NCBI GenBank assembly: GCA_963748015.1
Contig: CAVVHE010000004.1
Span: forward strand, 672,001 to 736,000
Length of the DNA: 64,000 nt
Source: Terriglobia bacterium
GTDB lineage: Bacteria > Acidobacteriota > Polarisedimenticolia > Polarisedimenticolales > JAIQFR01
Reading direction: 5' to 3'
The position numbers and the translations under genes are program-made. Below, piece by piece: positions 14,241 to 24,700 of the stretch. Numbering within the stretch: position 1 is the first letter of the stretch; each line of letters starts with the position of its first letter. The notes under the pieces were generated by a model, which saw nothing but the letters and a program-made list of their open reading frames with translations, made no database searches and was not told the DNA's origin.

Positions 14241-14784
14241 GAGTCACGGCTCACGGTGTGCCTTACGAATCCGATTCGAGAACGCGGAAGGATAACGATC
14301 TTCTTTCTTGTCGGGGCCGATATTAGCAGCCTGCAGGGCTCAGTCAAGCGTCGGGTGGGCTGAGTGGGGTGATGCGAGCTGAGGAAGCTGCCCAAGCCGG
14401 GTGACGAGAGACACGCCGAATGACAGCCAGGCCTTCTGTCGCCCTCGGCGTCGAATTGCGGAGCCGTCGGCTGCCAGCTTCTTGCGCCCAACCAGTTCCG
14501 CTTCGGATGGCGTCTCCAGGGAAGGAGGCCCGGGCTCGAGCCGCCGCTACCCGCAGGATCGCCTTCTGCTCGGCGGCGGTCAGGGTCGGTGGGGCAAGGC
14601 TTCGGGCACTTCCCCCGGTCTCCTGTTCCGCGCTGGCTCTCGTTTTGAGGTAGCCTCCAATCGCGCCCCCGCCGGCGAGAGGCGCAGCCCGGGGCTGGGG
14701 ACCTAGGCTACAAGTCTTATAGATTTGTGCCTCACAACGACCCGCCCCGGCGGCCTGATTTCTATCTCTACCCGTTCATAGCGG

Positions 14785-14969
14785 GCCCCCGCTACCATCC
14801 CACAGGTGGAATTTGCAGGGCGCGGCAACGCTGTGGCGGGGAATCTCCGCATCTCCAGCTCGAGTCGCGCCTCCCACGGGTGGCTGGCACCTAGCCCGCC
14901 CATCGCGACCCACCCTTCTTGCCTCTGTCGTGGGCCACGAGATGTCTGGTCGAACTGGGGGGCAGACCA
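14785..14969 (+). repeat. Copy 2 of the tRNA-3'-end direct repeat (att-like; possible integrase 3' remnant on the minus strand)
   Basis: Matches 13020-13224; first ~41 nt nearly identical. Confidence 0.85.
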
Positions 14970-15350
14970 CCATCCGCGAGACCTCTTTCATCGCTTTGAA
15001 TAATTGCAGTTTGTAACGAATCTAGGCTCTCTGCGATTCTGCGCAGCTCGCGGCATGGCTTTTGGCGGATCTCGCTCCTGCGCCTGGTTCGGATTGCCCC
15101 GACAACCGGACCGGAAGACTCCAAGAAACGACTTGACAGCGAGAGCACTCCTGCGCGCTAATAGCGCCAAGGGTCGGGCCGCAAGGCAAGAGACGGGTGA
15201 GTTCGCGATGACCGCGTACAAGACAACCTGCGGGGCCACTCGTCTCCGACGACGGTGAACCGGTCCGCAAGGCGAAGCCGTGCGAAGTTCTCTGCGAGTG
15301 GCCGCAGCCAGATCGGGAAGAGTCATCCAAGGAAGAAAGGACGGCCTGTA

Positions 15351-18300
15351 ATGACCACCAAAAGTACGCACAACGGCCTGCTCGTCTCAGTATTTCTTGC
15401 CATCCTGCTCGCAGCCGGCTCCTCGATCATTTCATCGACTCCGGCAATGGGCGCAACAATCGTCTATTCTCAGGGTTTTGAAACGACCAATGGCTCCTAC
15501 ACGCACTCTGGCTCAAATGACCAGTGGCAGTGGGGAACACCAACATCCGGCCCAGGATCAGCTCATCAAGGGAGCAAATGCTGGGCTACGAACCTCGTCG
15601 GAAATGTCCCGATGGGCAGCAATTCCTATCTTACGTCTCCTGCCATTCCAATACCTGCCTTAGGCCCCAACGAGATTGCTCGCGTCCGTTTCTTTGGCTG
15701 GATTCAAATCGACGAGATGTTCGACAGAGGCGAGTTCCAGGTCTCCTCGAACAACGTCGACTGGCAGACAATAGCCGAGTTCTTCTATCTCATGCAAGGA
15801 GAATGGACAGAGTACTACTTTGACGTCTCGAACTACGCAGGAGGTAACCTCTATCTCCGATTCAGGCTATATGCCGATTATCAGGATGCTTTCTGGATTG
15901 AGAAAGGCGGGCCTCCTCCCTACTCGAGTGTCAACATGGCCGGGTGGTACATAGACGACATCGCCGTCGTAGTATCAGAGACGCCAGCGACTCAGGTTAC
16001 ACTGACGCTGGAGGCCTTCGAAAACCAGTACGAGCTGGCCTCATGCCCGTGGATCTACACATGGGATGGCGAGACTTATGTGAAGGATAACGACGTCTAC
16101 TCCACGGCGCGGGGGAGCGACAAAGAATACACTGACTACTATGCGCTAACCAAGCCGCTCGTTGCGACAAGTGGCCAGTACAGACTGCAGTTGAGAGAGA
16201 CGAATGACGAATCGTCGTTCACCGACTTGATGAAACTGATAATGATAGACCATGGTCCGGATGTTGCGGTAGGCGTCGACGATAACGGTAACATATGGAC
16301 GTACCGCATTCCGGGTCAGCCCGTCAGCGCTTTGGATGACCGAGGCAGTGATGTTCTAAACCCGATATCTGCCAAGGACGGCATAGGAATCCATGCCTAC
16401 GACGGGGACTACGTCATTCTGGACTTCAGCAACCTGGACACCAGCTACGGCGCGACACTGGTCCTGAGCGCTCAGGGCTTTCAACAGGATAGTGCCGGAG
16501 CTGGGAATCCAATTCCCCATACACCAGGAATCCAGATTCAGACGATGGGGGGCGACGGTAACTGGGTGACGAGGAACAAGTTCTACCCTCGCATGGAGTT
16601 GTCCACGAGTGCGTATGATCTTCGACCGTACCTAGGGAACGGCCCAAGAATGGTCAGACTCTTCGTTACATCATGTCTCGAGGGCAAGTACCATCTTATT
16701 GACTATGTAGGTCTGGATACATCGCCACAGGCGCCGACGACGATCTCCGTGCTATCTCCGATTGCAGCCGTCCATTCAGCCACCGGCGACGTGCTGAATA
16801 GCGTGGAGTCCTCTGACGGCACCTATGCGTTCATGTCGCCGCTAGAGAGCATCGATGTTGCGTTTGACGCTCCCGAGAGTGCAGGTGGCGTAAGAGACTT
16901 CGTCGTCGTGTCGGAAGGGTACTACGTGCCGACTGGGACGTTCTTCATCTACACCTGGGACGGAACCGGGTGGGCCCAGAGAGATGCATGGTCACAACAG
17001 GGACCAAGCGATGCGACGAAGTACTTCGATCTGAGTCCGTGGCTGCCGGACCCGGAAGGTGAGTACAAGGTGCGAATCTGGCAGGATTATTGGTACAACG
17101 ATGCCAGAATCGACTTTGTGGGACTCGTTCAGGGAGGTCTGACAGGAACACTGAGTGAGGCCGTGGATTTGCGAAATAGCGCCTGCCGCGAAGTCGTGGG
17201 ATGTGTACCGTTTGCATCGGCTGTCGTGAGATCGAGCATTAGCGCATCGGACAATACGTACATGCTCTATGCGCAGGAACCTCCTCAGAACTACTACACT
17301 GGTCCAAGCGGGTATATCCAGCGCGACCGGTGGTTGGAGGTCAAATGGACCGGATTGACAGCGAACCGTCCTCCGACGACGAATCCGGTGATGATTGCGA
17401 ATGAAGCAAGTGCGACTCCTACGATTGGTTGGACCTATAACGACGCTGACGGCGATCCGCAGGTCCAGTACGAAGTCGAAGTGTGGACGGGGTCCGGGGG
17501 AACCGGAACGAATGTGTGGGACCCGGCGGTTGGAGCGGGTACGGGAACCGCTACTGTGTATGGCGGCAGCGCATTGATTCCCGGGCAGACGTACTATGCT
17601 CGGGTCAAGGCATACGATGGGACGAGCTGGGGTGGGTGGTCTGAAGCGTATTGGGTCTTCGCCTTGGTGCCTTGCCCGGATGCCGACAACGACGGCTATG
17701 CGTTGTGTGACGCCACGTGCGTGTTGACCGCGGGAATCGCCTGCGGAGACTGCAACGACGGCGACCCTGCGGTGAATCCCGGCGCACTGGAGATGTGCGG
17801 CAACGGGATCGACGACAACTGCAATAGCGAGATCGACGAGCCAGGATGCGTACCATGGCTGGTCACACTCGTCTCCTTTGCCGCTACGGCCGGCGACGGA
17901 CAAGTGACGTTGCGGTGGGAGACGGCCGCCGAAGTCGACAACGAAGGATTCAACCTCTACCGTCGGACGGGCGCGACGGCGTATCAGAAAGTCAATACCG
18001 CCCTGATCCCGGCGCAGGGGAGCTCGGTCACTGGAGCGGTGTACGAGTACGTTGATTTCGGCCTAGTGGGTGGGACGACGTACGAGTATCTGCTGGAGGA
18101 CGTGGACTCGTCGGGCAAGACGACGCTGCACGGGCCCGTCCAGGTGACGCTCGACGCTACGTTGCCCGCCATCCGGCTGGTGGCTCCCGCGACGAACGCG
18201 CAGGTCGCGCTGAGAGGACGAATCACCTTCACGTGGGATGCGGCGGGGCCTGGGACGGAGACGGTGCTGGTCTCCACGGATCCTGGCTTCCCGGCCGGCG

Positions 18301-18524
18301 CCACGCTCGTGCTGCCGGCACGACCCGGTCAGCGTTCCTTGGCGGTGCCCGCGATCCGGATTGTCGGCCTCACGGGACGGCTAACGTCGCCGAGAATAGT
18401 CTATTGGCAGGTGGTACAGGAGCCGAAGATCGGCGCGCAGCTGCTCAAGAGCGCGGTGGGTCAGTTCATCGCGGCGCCTGCGGAAGGGGGAGGCAAGCCG
18501 GGGGCGAAACGCGGGAAGAACTAG
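15351..18524 (+). CDS. Large secreted multidomain protein (module 1): N-terminal beta-sandwich, FN3-like domain, MopE-like Cys/Asp motif, conserved C-terminal region shared with 19251-21470
   Basis: Signal peptide; WQWGTP...GWYIDD; DCNDGDPAVNPGALEMCGNGIDDNCN; LVTLVSF...WETAAEVDNEGFNLYR; RBS before ATG at 15351. Confidence 0.8.
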   Translation: MTTKSTHNGLLVSVFLAILLAAGSSIISSTPAMGATIVYSQGFETTNGSYTHSGSNDQWQWGTPTSGPGSAHQGSKCWATNLVGNVPMGSNSYLTSPAIPIPALGPNEIARVRFFGWIQIDEMFDRGEFQVSSNNVDWQTIAEFFYLMQGEWTEYYFDVSNYAGGNLYLRFRLYADYQDAFWIEKGGPPPYSSVNMAGWYIDDIAVVVSETPATQVTLTLEAFENQYELASCPWIYTWDGETYVKDNDVYSTARGSDKEYTDYYALTKPLVATSGQYRLQLRETNDESSFTDLMKLIMIDHGPDVAVGVDDNGNIWTYRIPGQPVSALDDRGSDVLNPISAKDGIGIHAYDGDYVILDFSNLDTSYGATLVLSAQGFQQDSAGAGNPIPHTPGIQIQTMGGDGNWVTRNKFYPRMELSTSAYDLRPYLGNGPRMVRLFVTSCLEGKYHLIDYVGLDTSPQAPTTISVLSPIAAVHSATGDVLNSVESSDGTYAFMSPLESIDVAFDAPESAGGVRDFVVVSEGYYVPTGTFFIYTWDGTGWAQRDAWSQQGPSDATKYFDLSPWLPDPEGEYKVRIWQDYWYNDARIDFVGLVQGGLTGTLSEAVDLRNSACREVVGCVPFASAVVRSSISASDNTYMLYAQEPPQNYYTGPSGYIQRDRWLEVKWTGLTANRPPTTNPVMIANEASATPTIGWTYNDADGDPQVQYEVEVWTGSGGTGTNVWDPAVGAGTGTATVYGGSALIPGQTYYARVKAYDGTSWGGWSEAYWVFALVPCPDADNDGYALCDATCVLTAGIACGDCNDGDPAVNPGALEMCGNGIDDNCNSEIDEPGCVPWLVTLVSFAATAGDGQVTLRWETAAEVDNEGFNLYRRTGATAYQKVNTALIPAQGSSVTGAVYEYVDFGLVGGTTYEYLLEDVDSSGKTTLHGPVQVTLDATLPAIRLVAPATNAQVALRGRITFTWDAAGPGTETVLVSTDPGFPAGATLVLPARPGQRSLAVPAIRIVGLTGRLTSPRIVYWQVVQEPKIGAQLLKSAVGQFIAAPAEGGGKPGAKRGKN

Positions 18525-18561
18525 ACGTGTCGCACGACTCAGCAAGGAGGTCAGGAACGGC

Positions 18562-18696
18562 ATGAAGCTCAACAACAAGAAGGAGTACACGAAGCCCGAA
18601 ATCGTGACGATGACCGGCGCAGAAGTTCTCGGGGCGCTCGGGCCGGCGCAGGCTGTGGTTTCCGGCGTCGCCGGCGACGGGATCAACAACCCGTAG
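18562..18696 (+). CDS. 44-aa peptide MKLNNKKEYTKPEIVTMTGAEVLGALGPAQAVVSGVAGDGINNP (RiPP-precursor-like; absent from the ORF track)
   Basis: AAGGAGG upstream, clean ORF, paralog at 21495-21632. Confidence 0.8.
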   Translation: MKLNNKKEYTKPEIVTMTGAEVLGALGPAQAVVSGVAGDGINNP

Positions 18697-18840
18697 CATC
18701 GTTCCGCGTTATTCGGACTGTGGGCCTGGCGGGAGACGCGCGGTGGTCTCCCGCCGGGCGTGCATGTGTATTCGCTGGAGACAGCTCGGCGCCTCCGCGG
18801 GGGCTCAGGGGTCGACGTTGTCCTCCAAGGATGATGATCG

Positions 18841-19130
18841 TCACAGGGCTCTTGGCGGTAGGCATGTCCGCGTCCCGTCGGTTTTGCGATTGACGACCTG
18901 CCGGCTGTACTTCAGCACGACGTAGGGGGCCGGCCGCTGGCCCAGGCGAAAAGTTGTCTTCTCGCTGACGATCTCGTGTTCGTCGTCGAGCGGCGGATGC
19001 GGGAGCCGGATCTCCTCGACGGGCACAGACTCATCGAAGCGCAGGGGCTCTTCGCCGGCCGGCTCGTCGACCCCTCAAAGCGGACACTTCACTTGCTCTC
19101 GGGAGCGGACAGATCATGTGCTCCCTACAC
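18841..19130 (-). pseudogene. Degenerate IS66-family transposase (TnpC) fragment
   Basis: Minus-strand translation LRFDESVPVEEIRL...EIVSEKTTFRLGQRPAPYVVLKYSR resembles the IS66 TnpC N-terminal region; interrupted by stops, no termini seen. Confidence 0.6.
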
Positions 19131-19250
19131 TCTCGAACAAGGCGCTTGCGCCGGGGCTCGCTCAAGCGTATATGGACCTAAGCGTCGGCGGTAGGATGGC
19201 AACCTGAAGGGGATAATTCCCGGTATCTTTGTCTTCTAGGGGGTGCTCAG

Positions 19251-21470
19251 ATGAACAGCAAGACGACCCTGCTTGCCATGATGGTGGCGTGCGCGTTGCT
19301 GGCGGTCGCGACGGGCGCCGGCATGGTATGGGCCCAGGAGAAGCTCGTCGACCTGAACGGGGACGGCACCGCGGAGAGCAGCGTCAAGCTCGCGGTCTCG
19401 GGTAGCTTCCCGGTCAAGGTCACGAACACGGTCACCAACAGGGCCATCGGAGGGGTCTTCACCTTCAAGTGGCCGTCCGCGGGACCTGGGGGTTTCTCGA
19501 GCTCGGCCGGGTCCGCTCCCGACAAAGTCGGCTCCGCGGCCGGGGTTGGGGCCACCTGGACCTGGCAGACGAACAAGACGATTTATTCCTTCTCCGGCAC
19601 GACCTGCGCCAACGACATCTGCTTCACTCGCACCTACGGAACCGGACCCGCGTCCGCGGGACCGTTCCGAGTGCCGGGGCGAACGTTGACCGCCGGGAGC
19701 GTCACCGTCTCCAATGCCTCGCTGACGTCGAGCCTCATCAGCTTCTTTTCCCCGCCGCAGGAGCTGGTGAGGGTCACGAGCACGGTGGAGCAGCTGACGA
19801 CGGGCGAGTTCCGTTATACGACCCAGGTGGAGAACCTCAGCGCGGCACCGATCAATCTCGACACCGCCCCCGGGCCCCTCGGCTGCGGCTCCGAGTGTGG
19901 CGAGGGAGAGACGGAGTGCTTCTTCGAGTGTCCCTACGAGGTGTGCGTCGAGTGCGTCGACACCTACACCGATCCCTACAACTGCGGCGAATGCGGGAAT
20001 GCCTGCCCAGAGGGCTGGGGCTGCTACGCCCGCCAGTGCTATGAGCCTCCCAGCCTTGTCGCCGGCCCCGCTCCGCGCAGCCCGCGCCAGCTGTTGCCCT
20101 GCACCTATCCGGGCATCCCCGGTGCGACGCTCCAGCTCGGAGAGGTTTACACCTCCTGCGAGGTGAGCCAGTGCGCCCCCGCGGAGGTGGCGAGCCAGCT
20201 CACCCTGTGTGGCGACGACCTCCCGACGGGACCGGAGTTCTGCGCGACCGGCAACGTGGCCGCCTCGCGGGGGACGATCAACGTATTCGCCCCTTCCAGC
20301 CCGTGCGTGCTCCCGGGAAGCGCGTTGCCCTCCCTGGTCGACATCGTGGTGCTCGCCGACAGCAACGGGGATGGCCTGATCCAGCCGGGCGAGACGGCGT
20401 CTCTCGCGGTGTCGCTTCGGAACGCGGGCACCGCGAACCTGACGGGAAGCCAGGTTCCGCCGATCATGCCGCTGACGGGTACGCTCACGAGCCCGCCGAT
20501 CGATCTCACCGACGACGGGATCGATAATCCCGAGTCCGTCTCCATCCTGGCCGACGCGTCGGCCTATCCCGATCTGGTCGGAACGGGACCGACGAGCACC
20601 GGCGCCACGTGCGCGTCCGGCGTGCCGGGGTCCCCGAACAGCGGGCAGAACGTCTCTCCGTTCATCGTGAGCATCCCCGCCGATCACTCGATCTCCGTCT
20701 CGAGGCCGTTCAATCTCCACCTGGTCGGCATGGCGGGCGGGTCGGCGTTCGCAGCGGATGTTCCCTTCAACCTCCTGATCAGTTCTCCCATCGGGCCCCC
20801 GCTCCTGGTCACCCTCAGGTCCTTCACCGCGACCCCCGGCGACGGCCAGGTGACGCTGCGGTGGGAGACCGCCGCCGAGATCGACAACGAGGGGTTCAAC
20901 CTCTATCGCCGGATGGGTACGGCAGCCTGGCAGAAGATCAACCCCGGCCTGATCCCGGCCCAGGGGGACCCGGTCACCGGGGCGAGCTACGAGTACGTCG
21001 ATCGTGGGCTCCCGAGCGGGACGACTTACGAGTACATGCTGGAAGACGTCGACACCTCGGGAAAGACCACGGAGCACGGGCCGGTGCAGGCGACGATCGC
21101 GGCGGTCGGGCCTGCCATCCAGCTGCTGGCTCCCCCCACGGACGCGCAAGTGGCGCTGAGGGGGTCGATCACGTTCCGTTGGGATGCCGCGGGCCCCGGC
21201 CGTGAGACCGTTCTGGTATCCGCGGATCCTGGGTTCCCGGCCGGCGCCACGCTCGCTGTTGCGGCCAGGCAGAATCAGCATTTCTTGGAAGTGCCTGCGG
21301 CCCGGATTCTGAAGCTCACGGGGCCTCTCGCATCGCCCAAGCCGGTGTACTGGCAGGTGGTCAGGAAGCAGACGAACACGATCCAGGAGCTCCGGAGCGC
21401 GGTGGGCCGGTTCATCGCGCGGGCGGACGGTCCGGGGACGAAGCCGGTGTCGCACCACGGCCGCCACTGA
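19251..21470 (+). CDS. Large secreted Cys-rich protein (module 2) with Stig1/MXAN_6577-like Cys repeat and the shared C-terminal region
   Basis: Signal peptide ending VWA; CVDTYTDPYNCGECGNACPEGWGC; DSNGDGLIQPGET; LVTLRSF...WETAAEIDNEGFNLYR. Confidence 0.8.
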   Translation: MNSKTTLLAMMVACALLAVATGAGMVWAQEKLVDLNGDGTAESSVKLAVSGSFPVKVTNTVTNRAIGGVFTFKWPSAGPGGFSSSAGSAPDKVGSAAGVGATWTWQTNKTIYSFSGTTCANDICFTRTYGTGPASAGPFRVPGRTLTAGSVTVSNASLTSSLISFFSPPQELVRVTSTVEQLTTGEFRYTTQVENLSAAPINLDTAPGPLGCGSECGEGETECFFECPYEVCVECVDTYTDPYNCGECGNACPEGWGCYARQCYEPPSLVAGPAPRSPRQLLPCTYPGIPGATLQLGEVYTSCEVSQCAPAEVASQLTLCGDDLPTGPEFCATGNVAASRGTINVFAPSSPCVLPGSALPSLVDIVVLADSNGDGLIQPGETASLAVSLRNAGTANLTGSQVPPIMPLTGTLTSPPIDLTDDGIDNPESVSILADASAYPDLVGTGPTSTGATCASGVPGSPNSGQNVSPFIVSIPADHSISVSRPFNLHLVGMAGGSAFAADVPFNLLISSPIGPPLLVTLRSFTATPGDGQVTLRWETAAEIDNEGFNLYRRMGTAAWQKINPGLIPAQGDPVTGASYEYVDRGLPSGTTYEYMLEDVDTSGKTTEHGPVQATIAAVGPAIQLLAPPTDAQVALRGSITFRWDAAGPGRETVLVSADPGFPAGATLAVAARQNQHFLEVPAARILKLTGPLASPKPVYWQVVRKQTNTIQELRSAVGRFIARADGPGTKPVSHHGRH

Positions 21471-21494
21471 GCGGACGAGGAGGAGCAGAGCAGC

Positions 21495-21632
21495 ATGAGA
21501 CCCAGGGAGAAGAAGGAGTACTCGAAGCCCGAGGTCCGGACGATGTCGGCAGAAGACATCATGACGGCGCTCGGTCCGGCGCAGGCGGTCGTGTCCGGGG
21601 TGGTGCCCGGCGACGGGATCAACAACCCGTAG
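21495..21632 (+). CDS. 45-aa peptide MRPREKKEYSKPEVRTMSAEDIMTALGPAQAVVSGVVPGDGINNP (paralog of 18562-18696)
   Basis: GAGGAGGAG RBS, clean ORF, conserved motifs with several synonymous changes relative to its paralog. Confidence 0.8.
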   Translation: MRPREKKEYSKPEVRTMSAEDIMTALGPAQAVVSGVVPGDGINNP

Positions 21633-21734
21633 GGTCGTTTCGGACGCGGCGGGCAAACGAACGGGCGGGAGGGGAGCCGTCCCCTTCCGCGGAGTTGTCG
21701 GTGCGCGAGTCGCGCCAACAGTGGAGAGTGCCAC

Positions 21735-24700
21735 GTGAGCCGGGTCCTCCGGGCGGCGACGATCATCGGCCTCTTGGCGAGTGGTCCGACCGCCTTGGCG
21801 GCGAAGCCCTTGAAGCTCGTGAGGGCGGACGCCTCCGTCATCACCTTCAGGTACGAGGCGGCAACTCCGCGCTTCGACCCGCAGGCCTCGGGCCGTGTTG
21901 CGGTGACGCTCGACGGCTGGGGTCGGCTGAGCGCTCCAGGCGCACCTGATCTTCCCTTCGCGCGCGCGCTGGTGGCCGTACCGGCCGGCACGCGCCCGTC
22001 CCTCTCATGGTCGGACGAGCCGAGCGAGCTCTTCGAAGGCCTTGTGCCGGTCGCGGCGCGTGCATTCTCCGACCCCCTCGATACCTCGGGTGAAGGCAAG
22101 GCGGACACCGAGCCTGAAACCGACGGGTTCGCGTACCGCGACACGAAGCCGTACCCCGCGGCACCCGTGTGGATCGAGTGGGTGGGCTCGTTGGGGGGCG
22201 TGGCGGTCGCCTCGATCGGCGTTGCGCCCTGCGCGTACCTGCCCGGAAAAGGCATCCTGGCCTATCCCTCACTCCACTTGACGGTGCGGTTCGTTGCGGA
22301 TCCCGCGGCGGGCGTCACGTCGGCGGAGGCCGCCCGTCTCGCGCCCGGCGTCCATTCCCTGGCGCGCGGGCTCGTGGCGAACCCCGACCAGCTACCGCAG
22401 CCGGGCCCGGCCCCGATGCAGCCGCGGTCGCTCCGAGTTTCTTCGATCGCGGACACCAGCGTCCGCGTCAAGATCTTCGTGGACAGCGACGGACTCTACG
22501 CCGTGACCCACGCCGATCTCGCGGCTGCCGGCGCGGACCCGGGCACGATCGACGCGGCGACCTTCCACCTCGAGGAGAACGGGCAAGAGGTCGCGATCCT
22601 GGTGCAGGACGGAGGCGATGGGACCTTCGGCCCCGGGGACCGTTTCCTGTTCTTTGGCCGGGGAATGACGGGGCCGTATACCCGGCGCAACGTCTACGGG
22701 CTGAGGTGGGGAGGGAGCCCCGGGCTCCGGATGGCGCAGCGCGATGCCACGCCTTCGGGCACGTTGCCCGTCGTCACGACCTTCCCGGCCACCGTTCGAA
22801 GGGAGATCAACGCGGCCTACTGGCAGAACGCGCCCGGGGGCATCAGCTTCGACCGCTGGTACGAGAAGAAGACGTTCGTGGGGCAATCGAACGACTACAC
22901 GTTCACCCTGGCGAACCACGACACGAGCGCGGCGACGGCCAGGCTGCGGGTGATGCTCATGGGCCGCACGGACACCGCGGCCAACCCGGATCACGACACG
23001 CGCATCCTGCTGAACGGAACCCAGGTGGACGAGCAGTTCTGGAATGGGCAGATCCCATACCTCCACGACGTCACGGTCAGCAGCTCGTTGCTCGTGGAAG
23101 GGACGAACACGGTCACGGTCCTCCAGCCCGGGGGGGCCGATCCGAGTCTCGACACGATCTACTTCAACTGGCTGCAAGCTGGATTACAGCGACGGGTTGG
23201 TCGCGGCGAGCAACCTCCTCCGTTTCACGCTCGACACCTCGACGACCGGAGACGTCGAAGCCTACGTGGACGGCTTCTCGACCAGCGGCGTCTCCGTCTA
23301 CGACATCACGGATCCTGCACTGCCCGTGACGCTCGCCGGGGTCGCCGTGTCCCCGGTCGCCGGGGGCTACCGCGCCCGTTTCGACCAGCACGGCGCGACA
23401 GCGACGGAATATCTCGCCCTCACGGACGCATCGGTCCAGCACCCCGCGGGGTTCCTCAAGGACACGCCGTCGGATCTCAGGAACCCGGCGAACGGCGCGG
23501 ACTACCTCATCGTGAGCCATGCGAACTTCCTCGGCGCCGCGCAGCGCCTGGCGCAGCACCGCGCCGCGACGGACGGGATGCGGGTCAGGGTGGTGGACGT
23601 CCAGGACGTCTATGACGAGTTCTCGGGCGGGGTGTATTCCCCGCCGGCGATCTCCAGCTTCGTGGCCCACGCGCTTGCGTCTTGGCAGCCGCCCGCCCCG
23701 GGTTACCTGCTCCTCGTCGGCGACGCCAACCAGGACTACCTCGACAACTTCACGACCGGCAGCCCGGACTTCCTACCGACCCGCCTGATCATGACGCCGA
23801 GCGTGGGGGAGACGCCCACGGACAATCTGTACGCGGCCGTGCTGGGCGCGGACCCGCTGCCGGACATCGTGGTCGGCAGGATGGCCGCGCGGACGACCGC
23901 CGACGCCGACGCGATGGTGGACAAGACCATCGCGTACGAGACCCAGCCACCCGGCTCGCCCCTGACCACCCAGGACCTGTTCGTCGCGGACAGCGGCTCG
24001 CAGGCGTTCGAGGACGTCCTGGAAGATCTGATTGCCCACCGCCTTCCCGCGACCCACACGCCGCGCCGCGTGTACCTGGCCAACTACGCGACAACCGCCG
24101 CGGCCCGAGCCGATATCGTCGGATGGGTGAACGCCGGCGTTCTCCTCACCACGTACATGGGTCACGGCGCGGTGAACTACTGGTCCTCGTCGGTCCTGTT
24201 CCAGGCGTCGGACGTCGCGAGCCTGGCGAACGGCCCCCGCGAGACCTTCGCCGTGATGCTGGACTGCATCAACGGCTACTACCCCCACTCGTTCCTACCG
24301 TATTCCCTCGCGGAGGAGTGGTTCCGGTGGCCGGATCGGGGAGCGATCTTCGCCTGGGCGCCCACGGGATACGGTTACGAGGCCGACTACAGGAGCCTCT
24401 CGGACCGGCTCTACGAGCAGATCTTCTCGCTGGGGCAGGACCGGGCGGGCGTGGCCGCCCATCAGGGCAAGATCGACGCGGTGGTCCATGACTTCGCTCA
24501 GTCGGAGGAGCTCTACTCGATGGACGTTCTTCGGCGACCCCGCGGCCCGCCTCGCTCTGGACCGGGACGGAGATGGTCACCTCGAACGGAGCGACTGCGC
24601 GCCCAATGACCCAGCGGCTTGGGCCGCTCCCACGGAGGTCGGAGGTGCCGTCTTTTCCGCCGACAAGGCAAGCCTCTCCTGGAACTCGCTGGCAAGCCAG

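Noticed and set aside
15150..15330. Possible riboswitch (c-di-GMP type) in the long leader of the 15351 gene
   Set aside because: GNRA-like hairpins are present but I could not match a riboswitch consensus by eye; an Infernal scan would be needed.
17859..21632. Repeat pair as a diversity-generating retroelement TR/VR
   Set aside because: Differences are not confined to adenines, both copies are coding, and no reverse transcriptase is in the window.
18562..21632. Calling the peptides canonical lasso peptides
   Set aside because: No penultimate leader Thr, and no lasso cyclase, B1/RRE or B2 protease gene in the window. Kept only as RiPP-like.
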